Below are positions 9,033 through 17,658 of a stretch of 49,696 nt of DNA, in pieces. This stretch comes from Candidatus Bathyarchaeia archaeon (GTDB taxonomy: Bacteria > Chloroflexota > Limnocylindria > P2-11E). The stretch spans positions 1-49,696 of the forward strand of contig DASPWX010000075.1 in assembly GCA_035637615.1 (NCBI GenBank). Direction: 5' to 3'. The notes under the pieces were generated by a model. It saw only the letters and a list, made by a program, of their open reading frames with translations. It was not told where the DNA came from and searched no databases. Position numbers and translations under genes: made by a program. Positions within the stretch are counted from its first letter, which is position 1. Each line of letters opens with the position of its first letter.

Positions 9033-10481
9033 TTAGTTCGCCGTCACCCCGCTGACCCAGAAGCAGCCGTTACGGAACGCGACCTGCTTGACGACGAACG
9101 GGACCGAGCCGGAGATGTCCGCGGTGGTCGAGTCGACGATGCCTTTGACCGCATCGATGAGTCCCGGCGGAAGCGGGTCGGCCGTGAGGTGCGACACCTT
9201 GAGCGTGAACTTGTCCCCGACGGAGCCGCCGACCACGTCCGCGCTTGCGTTCACGGTGATGAACTGCGTCGCGGCCTTCGCGGTCCCGTGGATCCCGCCC
9301 GCGTCGATCCTGATCTTCGCGTCGCTGAGGGTCACGCCCTGCGTCGCCGACGGCGCGTTCTTGTTGACGACCTGGTTCAGCTCGTCCTCGGTGAACACCA
9401 GGGAGACCGGAGTCGCTTTGTTGTCGCGCGCGAACGTCTTGACGGAGTCGGCGCGGCCGTCGACCGGCCCGGCGGCGAAGACGCGGCCCGGCGCGGTGGC
9501 GGCGCACACGCTCGTCACGACCGTCGACGGCTCGAACGCCGAGAGCGTGAGGGGCGGGCCGGCTTTCAGAGTGATCCCGGAACGGACCATCTGACCCGCG
9601 ACGAGCGGCCCTTCCATGATCTGTCTGGCGACCGAGCTCGTGCCGACGAACCCGTCGAAGGTGAACGCAGAAGTCCGTATGGCGCTGGGCGAGGTCAGGA
9701 AGACGCCCCATCGGCCGGCTGCGGGATCGCGGACGATGACCTTATCGCCGCTCACCACGCAGCCGAAGATCTCGGCCTTGCCGGTGGCGGTCCCGCAGGA
9801 CTGACCGGTCGGGGCGACCACGAGGAAGCCGAGGCCCGGCGAGCCGCTGATCTCAAGACGCGGTGACGGCGCGATCGGCGTGGCGCCCGCGGGAGCGGCG
9901 GCGCCCTCGGCGATCGTGACCTGATTGCCGGCGGGCACGGAGACGGTGCCGCCCGCGTTCGCGGTCACCTGGAGGGTGCCTTCGTCCACCTGATACGTCG
10001 TCTGCGTCCCGCCCGAAGCGAGCTGCTGGACGAACGTCAGAAAACCGGTGCCGCGTACGACGGCGACCGTGCTCGGCGTATGGATCTCGTACCGGGAGTC
10101 GGGCGTCTTGAGCTTCTGGACCGACGACCACGATCGCCCGAGCGACTGCTCGATGGTGACCTGGATGCCGTCCGCGGAAACACGGTTCAGAGCGACGACC
10201 TTCACCTGCGATCCGGGATCGACCGACAACGACGAGCCGTCGAAGAACGTGAGCACGGCGCGGCCGTCGACGTTCGCGCGGACGAGGTCTCCTGTCGCGT
10301 ACACCTCTCCGTCGAGTGCCGGCGCGAATGCCAATCCGGCGCGCGCGCCTTCGATCGCCGTGTTCAGGATGGCTAGGGTCGCCGCGTTCGAGGCGGACGT
10401 GACCGTTCCGCCGCGAGGGAAATAGAGGAACGCCCCCACTCCGCCGACGATCAACAGGAGAATGACGAGTAGCTTCTTCAC
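9033..10481 (-). CDS. membrane-anchored FecR-domain protein
   Basis: 482 aa. An N-terminal TM anchor (MKKLLVILLLIVGGVGAFLY) is followed by a FecR-like beta domain (GDLVRANVDGRAVLTFFDGSSLSVDPGSQVKV...VAVVRGTGF). The C-terminal part has no clear assignment. Confidence 0.65.
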   Translation of the reverse strand: MKKLLVILLLIVGGVGAFLYFPRGGTVTSASNAATLAILNTAIEGARAGLAFAPALDGEVYATGDLVRANVDGRAVLTFFDGSSLSVDPGSQVKVVALNRVSADGIQVTIEQSLGRSWSSVQKLKTPDSRYEIHTPSTVAVVRGTGFLTFVQQLASGGTQTTYQVDEGTLQVTANAGGTVSVPAGNQVTIAEGAAAPAGATPIAPSPRLEISGSPGLGFLVVAPTGQSCGTATGKAEIFGCVVSGDKVIVRDPAAGRWGVFLTSPSAIRTSAFTFDGFVGTSSVARQIMEGPLVAGQMVRSGITLKAGPPLTLSAFEPSTVVTSVCAATAPGRVFAAGPVDGRADSVKTFARDNKATPVSLVFTEDELNQVVNKNAPSATQGVTLSDAKIRIDAGGIHGTAKAATQFITVNASADVVGGSVGDKFTLKVSHLTADPLPPGLIDAVKGIVDSTTADISGSVPFVVKQVAFRNGCFWVSGVTAN

Positions 10482-10544
10482 TTGACCCTTCCCGCGGCCC
10501 GAGGCTAGCAGAGCATCACTCGTGCGAAGGGTCGCAGGCGGGTG

Positions 10545-11084
10545 TCAGGCCTGGGTTTTCTCCCAGTCCGCGCGTAGTACTTCTCCCAGCCAGCGGTCGC
10601 GCCACTTTCCTTCGCGGAACGTCTGCTCGCGCCGTATCCCCACGGTCCGGTATCCGTTACGTTCGAGCGCCTTCCGGCTCGCCTCGTTCCCGGTATCCAC
10701 TTCGGTCATGAGCTTGTGCAGGTTGAGCTCGCGAAACGCGTAACGCGTGCGGAGACGCATCGCATCGCTCGCGTAGCCCTTTCCCCACGAGGCTTTCTCG
10801 CCGATGACGATGCCGGTCGTTCCGTTCGCGTCGAGCCAATTGATGCCGTGGATCCCGGTAGCGCCGATCGCTTGGTCGGAGACATCGATGACCCACCACA
10901 CGTCCGTCTTCGATTCACCGATCTGCTTCAGGAATTCGAGCTCTTGTTGGAGCGTGATTGCCATGCGTGTCGCGAGGTAGCGCGTGACCTCCATGTCCGC
11001 GAACCACCGCACGAAATGCTCCGCGTCGCTTTCACGCGCGGGACGAAGCGTGACCTTGTCGCCACGAAGCAACGGTCCGAACAC
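10545..11084 (-). CDS. GNAT family N-acetyltransferase (RimJ/RimL-like)
   Basis: 179 aa. The N-terminal L.LRPA.ESD pattern (VTLRPARESDAEHFVRWF) and the acetyl-CoA binding block (GKGYASDAMRLRTRYAFRELNLHKLMTEVDTGNEASRKALERNGY) are typical. Confidence 0.85.
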   Translation of the reverse strand: MFGPLLRGDKVTLRPARESDAEHFVRWFADMEVTRYLATRMAITLQQELEFLKQIGESKTDVWWVIDVSDQAIGATGIHGINWLDANGTTGIVIGEKASWGKGYASDAMRLRTRYAFRELNLHKLMTEVDTGNEASRKALERNGYRTVGIRREQTFREGKWRDRWLGEVLRADWEKTQA

Positions 11085-11122
11085 CGAAGCGGCCAGAATA
11101 GCCGCGTGCGAGTGGCTCCGGC

Positions 11123-11452
11123 CTATTTCGCGACCTCGTTAGCGAATGCCCAAATCTCCTCTGCCAACTCCTGGTATCGCGACTCGGGTCCGGCGCCCTC
11201 ACTTGTGAAAAATTGAATGAAGACCTGCCAGGTCGTGAACCGAAGAGCCTCAAAGTCCAACACGTCGGGAATGCGCCTTGCGATCGTCGCAGCCTCGGAC
11301 GCGTACTCGTCCTTATTTGGGTTGTCGATGGTGCTGCCGATTCCGATCGGGTCGCGCCGAAACAGAATCGACTCGATGCCGTCAGCGAGCGCTTGATAGC
11401 GCCCGATTAGGCGCTTGCGCCTCTCGGGATCGGCTCGCCTCTCGTCGCTCAC
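11123..11452 (-). CDS. hypothetical small cytoplasmic protein (pattern reminiscent of DUF1871-like proteins)
   Basis: 109-aa ORF with visibly lower G+C than its surroundings. GTG start overlaps the LuxR-gene stop (GTGA). The pattern DPIGI...NPNKDEYASEAATIARRI resembles small DUF1871-type proteins; this is from memory only. Confidence 0.5.
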   Translation of the reverse strand: MSDERRADPERRKRLIGRYQALADGIESILFRRDPIGIGSTIDNPNKDEYASEAATIARRIPDVLDFEALRFTTWQVFIQFFTSEGAGPESRYQELAEEIWAFANEVAK

Positions 11453-12960
11453 GCGACCGGCCGCTGTGTGAGCGCAGCCGAGAGCAGCACCTCGTCGCCA
11501 CGCCGGTCTCCGACATCGAGCTTCGCGCGGATCCGCGTGAGATGGACGCGTAGCGTGTTCGGCGACACGCCAAGACGGTCCGCGAGCGCCGCGCGATCCA
11601 GGCGTTTGCCCTCACGCGAGAGCAGCTCCATCTCCCGGAGGATGCCGAGCTCGCGCCATGTGAGGCCGACTGTCCTCAGGTAGAACGTCGCCTCGTCGAG
11701 AGCGGACGAACCGACGGGCGCCGCGTTGTCCGATTTCGCGCGCCGCAGCGCCGCGTCGGCGTGCGCGCTGATCTTTCGTGCGAGCTCGCGCGCCGCAGGG
11801 TCGCGTTCGGCCGCGCGTCCGAGCCACGACGCGACCTCCGGCAGGTAGTACGCAAACCCCTCGCCACCACGCGACCCTATGTCACGCACCAGGCCGGCGG
11901 CGCGCGACGCGCCGCCACCGCGGACGAGCGACTCGCGCCAGTACGCCGCATGCACCGCGGCGCCGAGCGCCCAGTGCGCCATTCCGCGCGCCTCGTATTC
12001 CTTCGCCGCCTCGTCGAGCATGCGTACCCCGCCGCGGGGGTCACCCTTTTCCGCGCGAACGATCGCGCGAACGTTGTTGCGGAACTGCTCGTCCTCGGGG
12101 AAGCCGGTCGGAGCCCGCGTGAGGATGCGATCCGCGACGTCGGTCTCACCGCGCAGGAGCGCAAGATGCGCGTGGTCCTCGGCGGCACCGGTCGCGCTTT
12201 GCCGCGCGAGACGGTCGCCATCGGCGATCTCGCCGCGCTCCATGCGCGCCCGCGCGAGGCAGAGACACGTGTACCGCCAGACCGACGAGCCGTACGTGCG
12301 GAGGCTCGCCTCGGCCTTGGTGAATTGGTCGACCGCCTGATCGATCCGTCCGGCGGCCCAGTCGACGAACCCGGTCGTGTAGACGGCCCACGCCGCTTCC
12401 CACGGGTCGCCGACGCGGGCGGCATGACGCACCGTCGCCTCCGCTGCGGCGGTCGCGTCGACGTAATCGCCTGAGTGCGAGAGAAGATGCGCGAGCTGCC
12501 GCTGGACACGCGTGACGACGAGATCGCGCGAGCGTCCCTTCGGCGCCGTCAGAAGCGCATCCTCGGCACGCCGCGCGCTCTGCAACGCATTGGTGATCTC
12601 GTTCTGGGCCGTGAGAACGGTGGAGTTGCCGAGATGGAACTCGGCCAGCATCAGCGGATCGCCGGCGGCGTGCTTCTGCGCGATCTGCGCGAGCCTCGGA
12701 GTCTCGTCGCGCCGCACGAGGTAGTACGAGAGCTGGAGAAGGTCGACCGCGACCCGCGCCTCGAGGAGCGGCTCTTTGACAAGTGGAAGGACTTCGTTCA
12801 GCTCCGCCCACGCGAGATCGAACGACTCGAAGTACTTGAGGCAGCGCGCGCGGAGGACCCGCCGCTCGAGCGTCTGACGTCCGCTCGCCAGCAGGGGAAG
12901 GAGACGTTCGGCGTCGGCGCGCGAGAGCGGCGCAAGCGCCTGGTCCCGCAGGGTCGGCAC
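11449..12960 (-). CDS. LuxR-family transcriptional regulator with helical-repeat (TPR-like) N-terminal region
   Basis: 503 aa. The C-terminal LuxR/GerE HTH is LTWRELGILREMELLSREGKRLDRAALADRLGVSPNTLRVHLTRIRAKL. The preceding ~420 aa are Ala/Leu/Arg-rich helical repeats with no ATPase motif. Confidence 0.8.
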   Translation of the reverse strand: MPTLRDQALAPLSRADAERLLPLLASGRQTLERRVLRARCLKYFESFDLAWAELNEVLPLVKEPLLEARVAVDLLQLSYYLVRRDETPRLAQIAQKHAAGDPLMLAEFHLGNSTVLTAQNEITNALQSARRAEDALLTAPKGRSRDLVVTRVQRQLAHLLSHSGDYVDATAAAEATVRHAARVGDPWEAAWAVYTTGFVDWAAGRIDQAVDQFTKAEASLRTYGSSVWRYTCLCLARARMERGEIADGDRLARQSATGAAEDHAHLALLRGETDVADRILTRAPTGFPEDEQFRNNVRAIVRAEKGDPRGGVRMLDEAAKEYEARGMAHWALGAAVHAAYWRESLVRGGGASRAAGLVRDIGSRGGEGFAYYLPEVASWLGRAAERDPAARELARKISAHADAALRRAKSDNAAPVGSSALDEATFYLRTVGLTWRELGILREMELLSREGKRLDRAALADRLGVSPNTLRVHLTRIRAKLDVGDRRGDEVLLSAALTQRPVA

Positions 12961-13003
12961 ACATGTATTACGCCATGACTAGGAGTTGAGTTCCTGGAGC
13001 GGG

Positions 13004-13022
13004 CCGCCTAGAAGGTAGGCGG
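13004..13022 (-). terminator. short hairpin overlapping the dinB-like stop codon
   Basis: CCGCCTA-gaagg-TAGGCGG is a 7-bp inverted repeat spanning the TAG stop (13008-13010). There is no U-tract. Confidence 0.3.
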
Positions 13023-13475
13023 AAAAGCCTTTGCCAGCTCGCTTGTATGGCCGTGCGAGTGATCGGCCTGGTAGGCCGCGAAGTGGCCGGCGTCCACGTC
13101 GCCCCAGTCGCTGTGCTTGCCGGGACGGGCGGCCGCCCCAGGCTGCTGCAGGAGCTGAACGATGCGCGAGTGGGCGGCGGAGAGGCGCCGGGAGAGCTCC
13201 ATCGGATCGCGTTCGTTGTTCCGGCGCTCGGAAGCCACGGCGTCCTGGTCGTAGGCGGCGACTGTCGGCCGGTCCTCATCGATGCAGCGCTGGACGCGGT
13301 CGGCGAAGATCTCGGCCGCGTCGGCCACGTGCCCGATGATCTCGACCGCCGTCCACTCGTCGAACTTCGTCGCGCGGAGGCGATCCGCGGGCACCGTTCT
13401 GACGATGCGGGCGATCGTCGACGCATCGTCCGCGAGGAAGAACGCCTTGTCCTCGTCGTAGCGGAGCCGTTCCAC
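13008..13475 (-). CDS. DinB-family (four-helix, metal-binding) protein
   Basis: 155 aa. W.AVEIIGHVADA in helix 1 and a C-terminal H..GH triad element (ADHSHGHTSEL) are typical of DinB/YfiT-like proteins. Confidence 0.7.
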   Translation of the reverse strand: MERLRYDEDKAFFLADDASTIARIVRTVPADRLRATKFDEWTAVEIIGHVADAAEIFADRVQRCIDEDRPTVAAYDQDAVASERRNNERDPMELSRRLSAAHSRIVQLLQQPGAAARPGKHSDWGDVDAGHFAAYQADHSHGHTSELAKAFPPTF

Positions 13476-13555
13476 GCCCTTCTTCTACCACGGATGTATG
13501 AGTTGGGGCTCGCGACGCTGACGACGTTCGGCTCGCGTGCAGGGACACTGAGCGG

Positions 13556-14881
13556 GTGCGTGAAATGGCCGCCGCGGCGCTTCTTCTCGGAATCCTGGTG
13601 ATCGCCGCTGCCGCACCCAAGCTCTGGCCGTCCGATATGGAGGGCGGTGCGCTGGCGTCAGGACGGCCGCCGGCTGCCACCGCGAGCGCTACGGTCGCGC
13701 CGGTCTCTTGGAAGGGAAGGGACGGCGGGACCGGCTTCGTCGTATGCGGCGCGAATGAGAGCTGGGTGCGCCCCACGATCGACGAGGAGAACGCACATCT
13801 CGCCGCGGATGCTCGATACGCTGGCACCCGCGCCGACGACAGCTATTCGAGAGCGTGGCTCCCATTCCGCGGCGGAGCATCACTCTTGGACGGCTCGAGT
13901 GCGAACCAGCGCGATGATCTGGTCGCCCTGACCGGCCTCTGGAACGATCCGCACTTCGCCGCGAACGCCGCGGCGTGTGCCTCGATCGAGCCACAGGTGT
14001 GGCTGTTTGGCTATGCACCGACGAAATACACCGCCGAGGATCGGCTCATCGCGACGCTGCAGGTCACTCCCGCACCGGGGTACCGCATGGTCGTTCTGAC
14101 CGGCGTGATCCGTCCGCAGCTCGTCGTCGTCGGGTCCATGAAGGTCGCCTTCTTCGCCATGCCGACGAGTGCGGTCACACCCACGTTGACCCCTGCGCCA
14201 AAGCCCACCCAGCCGACCACGCCAAACGCGGCCTTCGTGTTTCCCCCCACCGACCGCCCTCTGCAGCTGGCCCTACCGGCCGGATGCCGGCTCCTCAACA
14301 TGGGCCGGCACAGCGACGAACAGGGCGCGTTCTGGCGAGTCCAGTGTGGATCCGCGAAGGCAAACCTGTCGGTGGCGGTCACCGCGATGCGCCAGGGGTG
14401 GGCTCATCTTTCGGGGCCACCTATCGGAGTTGGCCTCCAGAACTACGCCAAAGGGACGCTCACGATGAGCCTGGCGTACCGGCTCGACGGCCCGGCTTAC
14501 GCCGACGATTTCACCCTGGTCCAGTACTCACGGCCGTATTCGGCGGGAGGTCCCGCGCCCGCGAGTCCGTTCGCGTACGTGCGTGAGCCCACCGGCTTCG
14601 ATCTTCCCACGGGCTGCGGCTGGCGGGAAAGCCCGGCTGGATTCACGAACGACGGCGCGTACAAGCTGCCCTTCGCGTGTCCGGATCTGCGTCCCGCGGA
14701 AATCCAGCTCACCTTCAATCGCACGCTGCAGGCGCAGGGATGGCATGTGGACAACGGCGGATTCGGTTCCCTCACCTACGCAAAGGACGACCTTCGTCTT
14801 ACAGCGAGCTTCCCGGACGAGAAGGCGGAGCCGAGTCAAACGCCATGGGTCGTCGAGGCCTTCTGTTGCTTCGGAGCCTAG
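13556..14881 (+). CDS. hypothetical exported/membrane-anchored protein with a duplicated Cys-containing C-terminal module
   Basis: 441-aa ORF (GTG 13556; ATG 13565 is an alternative). It has an N-terminal hydrophobic anchor (AAALLLGILVIAAAA), a Pro/Thr linker (TPTLTPAPKPTQPTTP), and two related ~100-aa modules. I recognise no family. Confidence 0.65.
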   Translation: MREMAAAALLLGILVIAAAAPKLWPSDMEGGALASGRPPAATASATVAPVSWKGRDGGTGFVVCGANESWVRPTIDEENAHLAADARYAGTRADDSYSRAWLPFRGGASLLDGSSANQRDDLVALTGLWNDPHFAANAAACASIEPQVWLFGYAPTKYTAEDRLIATLQVTPAPGYRMVVLTGVIRPQLVVVGSMKVAFFAMPTSAVTPTLTPAPKPTQPTTPNAAFVFPPTDRPLQLALPAGCRLLNMGRHSDEQGAFWRVQCGSAKANLSVAVTAMRQGWAHLSGPPIGVGLQNYAKGTLTMSLAYRLDGPAYADDFTLVQYSRPYSAGGPAPASPFAYVREPTGFDLPTGCGWRESPAGFTNDGAYKLPFACPDLRPAEIQLTFNRTLQAQGWHVDNGGFGSLTYAKDDLRLTASFPDEKAEPSQTPWVVEAFCCFGA

Positions 14882-16230
14882 TGCGCCGAGGGCGCGCGCG
14901 GCACGAGCTTTCCCCTCCCGGGCTTCGCGATCACAGAACCGCGCTGGAACACGACCTCGCCGCGCGATAGGACGACCTCGGGCCAGCCGGTGACCGCCCA
15001 CCCTTCGTACGGGTCGTAGTCGCAGGCGGAGTGAAGGTCCGCCGCATGGATGGTCCGCTCAGCCTGGGGATCGAAGATCACGACGTCGGCGTCCGAACCG
15101 ATCGCGAGCGCGCCCTTGCGCGGGTACATCCCGGCGATGCGCGCGGGCGCCGACGCCAGGACCTCGACGAGTCGCGACAGCGTGATCCGTTCGGCGCGGA
15201 CACCCTCGGAGTAGAGCATCGGCAGAAGCGTCTCGAGGTTCGAAACGCCGGGCGGGATGCGATCGAAGGAGAGGCCCGGCGCGAGCTTCGCGGCCCGCAG
15301 GTGCGGAATGTGATCGGTGCCCACGGTGTCGAGAGTCCCATCGGCGAGCCCGGCCCAGACCGCGGCGACGTCGTCGCTCTCGCGAAGGGGCGGTTGCCCG
15401 ACCCAGAGCGCGGCGTCGGCACGCGCGAACTGCGCCCGCGTGAGATACAGATAGAGCGGGCGCGTCTCGCCGAAAACGCGGGCCCGACGCTTGCCCTCAC
15501 GAAGCGCATCGAGAGCCGCGCGGGAGCTGAGGTGAACAAGATAGATCGCCGCGCCGGTTCGCTCGGCAAGCTCGACCGCCTCTCGAACGGCTTTCACCTC
15601 GGCCTCGACCGGCCGGCTCTCGGGAAAGTGCTCGACGCCGGTCCGGCCAGACGCGTGCAGCTCCGCGGTCCGCGCAGCGACGATCGCGTGGTCCTCGGCG
15701 TGCATCGCGACGAGCGCCCCCGCGTCCGCGGCCGCTCGCAGCAAAAGCGTGTAGTCGTCACGGCGCTCGACGAACCGCGGCGAGACCATGAAGACCTTGA
15801 GCCCGGCGTGGCCATCGCGCACGAGCGCCGCGACTTCGGCGCGAGCGTCGTCGTTCGGATCGGTGACGACGACGTGGAAGGCGAAGTCGGCGAGTGATCG
15901 CCCGGCGTCGCGCATGCCGCGCTCGACGCCCCGCCTGAGCGAGCCCTCCTCCTGATAGACCATCGAGACGACGGTCGTGACGCCGCCGGCAATCGCCGCA
16001 CGCGAACCGTGCTCGAAGTCGTCGAGCGGAGCGAACGTCGGCGTGGACGCGAGGTGCGTGTGGAGGTCGACGCAGCCCGGGAGGACGAGCCTGCCCGTCG
16101 CATCGATCTCGCGCGACGCGTGACCGACGTCGCCGATCCCGCTGATGCGGCCGCCGGAGATCGCCACGTCGGCATGGCGCTGGCCGTCCGGTGTTACGAC
16201 AAGCCCGCCGCGTATGGCGAGCTCGATCAC
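14878..16230 (-). CDS. dihydropyrimidinase/D-hydantoinase-family cyclic amidohydrolase
   Basis: Has the metal-binding HxH (LPGCVDLHTHL), a lysine block (HAGLKVFM) and a HAED block (VAMHAEDHAIV). The start is placed at GTG 16230, overlapping the upstream stop (GTGA). Its stop overlaps the convergent gene's stop (CTAG). Confidence 0.8.
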   Translation of the reverse strand: MIELAIRGGLVVTPDGQRHADVAISGGRISGIGDVGHASREIDATGRLVLPGCVDLHTHLASTPTFAPLDDFEHGSRAAIAGGVTTVVSMVYQEEGSLRRGVERGMRDAGRSLADFAFHVVVTDPNDDARAEVAALVRDGHAGLKVFMVSPRFVERRDDYTLLLRAAADAGALVAMHAEDHAIVAARTAELHASGRTGVEHFPESRPVEAEVKAVREAVELAERTGAAIYLVHLSSRAALDALREGKRRARVFGETRPLYLYLTRAQFARADAALWVGQPPLRESDDVAAVWAGLADGTLDTVGTDHIPHLRAAKLAPGLSFDRIPPGVSNLETLLPMLYSEGVRAERITLSRLVEVLASAPARIAGMYPRKGALAIGSDADVVIFDPQAERTIHAADLHSACDYDPYEGWAVTGWPEVVLSRGEVVFQRGSVIAKPGRGKLVPRAPSAH

Positions 16231-16553
16231 GCCGTTCGGCGGACGAACAGGAGCGCGAAAGCGACGGCGAGACCGGCGAGCATGACCACGTGGATCCACA
16301 GGTCGACGCCGAGAAGACCTCGAAGGACGACGATCGTGAGTCCGAAGAGAGTCCCGGCGAGCGCGATCACGTAGGCGATCCGCGGCGATACCCAGCCAAC
16401 GAGCGAGCCGACCAGGACCAGACCGAGCAGCGCTTCCGCGATGGCCGCCGCGCCGAGTGCGCCCGCGGGCACCAGCGCGCCCGAGTGATACGCCGCGGCG
16501 CCGAAGTAGATGAGCACGTTGACGATCGTGACGGCGCGCAGCGTGCCGGTCAC
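16227..16553 (-). CDS. small hydrophobic membrane protein (3-4 TM)
   Basis: The hydrophobic ORF starts most plausibly at GTG 16553, just after the prfA stop. The track start at 16619 would overlap prfA by 62 nt. Confidence 0.5.
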   Translation of the reverse strand: MTGTLRAVTIVNVLIYFGAAAYHSGALVPAGALGAAAIAEALLGLVLVGSLVGWVSPRIAYVIALAGTLFGLTIVVLRGLLGVDLWIHVVMLAGLAVAFALLFVRRTA

Positions 16554-16557
16554 CGGA

Positions 16558-17658
16558 TCACTCGCCGTCCTCTTCGAGGCGCGAGAGACGATCGGCCTCG
16601 TCCTGCTCCGAAAGCGCATCGACCAGGTCGTCGATGTCGCCGTCCATACGACGGTCCAGGTTCGAGAGGTTGTATCCGAGGCGGCGGTCGGTGAGGCGGT
16701 CCTGCGGGAAGTTGTACGTCCGCATCTTCTCCGAGCGTTCGCCGCGTCCGATCTGGGCGTTGCGGGCGGTCGACTCGCGCTCCGCGCGCTCCTCGGCCGC
16801 GCGCGCGAGCAGCCGCGAGCGAAGGACCGCCATCGCCTTCGTTTTGTTCTTGAGCTGGCTGCGCTCGTCCTGGCACGTGACGATCTCGCCCGTCGGCAGA
16901 TGCGTGATGCGCACTGCCGAGTCGGTGGTGTTCACGCCCTGACCGCCGTGACCGCCGGCGCGATAGAGGTCGATCTTCAGATCCTCCTCGTTGATCACGA
17001 GGTCGGTCTCCTCGGCTTCAGGCAGGACGGCGACTGTCGCGGTCGACGTGTGGATCCGGCCCTGCGCCTCGGTCGCGGGCACGCGCTGCACGCGGTGCAC
17101 GCCCGACTCGAACTTGAGCTTCGAGTACGCACCCCTGCCGGAGACCTTGAAGATGATCTCCTTGAAGCCGCCCTTGTCGGACTGGCTCTGCGAGAGGATC
17201 TCGGTCTTCCAGCGATGCCGCTCGGCGTAGCGCGCGTACATCCGGTAGAGGTTCGCTCCGAAGAGCGCCGCCTCTTCCCCGCCTTCGCCCGCGCGGACCT
17301 CGACGATGACGTTCTTTTCGTCAAGCGGGTCGCGCGGCACGAGCTGGGCGCGCAGGCGTTTGGTGAGGTCGTCGGTCTTCGCCGAAAGCTCGGCGACCTC
17401 CTCGCGGGCGAGGTCGTGCATCTCGGCATCGTCCCCCTCGACGAGCTGCTGCGCCTCCCCGAGGCGCTTCTCGGTCTCGCGCAGCGAGCGGATGGTCTCG
17501 ACGATCGGCGCGAGCGACGAGAGCTCCTGACCGACCTCGCGGATCCGGTTTCGGTCCGACGTCGTCTCGGGATCCGAGACTTTTCGCTCCAGCTCTTCAT
17601 AGCGCCCTTCGACACCTTCGAGCCGGCGGCGCAGTCCGGGCGTAAGACCGTCGGTCAT
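16558..17658 (-). CDS. prfA: peptide chain release factor 1
   Basis: 366 aa with the GGQ motif (RAGGHGGQGVNTTDSAVRITHLPTG) and an RF1-type PxT tripeptide (RVPATEAQGRIHTS). Confidence 0.95.
   Translation of the reverse strand: MTDGLTPGLRRRLEGVEGRYEELERKVSDPETTSDRNRIREVGQELSSLAPIVETIRSLRETEKRLGEAQQLVEGDDAEMHDLAREEVAELSAKTDDLTKRLRAQLVPRDPLDEKNVIVEVRAGEGGEEAALFGANLYRMYARYAERHRWKTEILSQSQSDKGGFKEIIFKVSGRGAYSKLKFESGVHRVQRVPATEAQGRIHTSTATVAVLPEAEETDLVINEEDLKIDLYRAGGHGGQGVNTTDSAVRITHLPTGEIVTCQDERSQLKNKTKAMAVLRSRLLARAAEERAERESTARNAQIGRGERSEKMRTYNFPQDRLTDRRLGYNLSNLDRRMDGDIDDLVDALSEQDEADRLSRLEEDGE

Noticed and set aside
10545-11452. Considered the GNAT gene plus the adjacent small ORF as a GNAT-toxin/antitoxin pair (TacT/AtaT-like).
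   Set aside because: The GNAT is RimJ/RimL-like in size and motifs. The small ORF lies upstream across a 38-nt gap, lacks an RHH/DUF1778-like DNA-binding N-terminus, and is translationally coupled to the LuxR gene instead.
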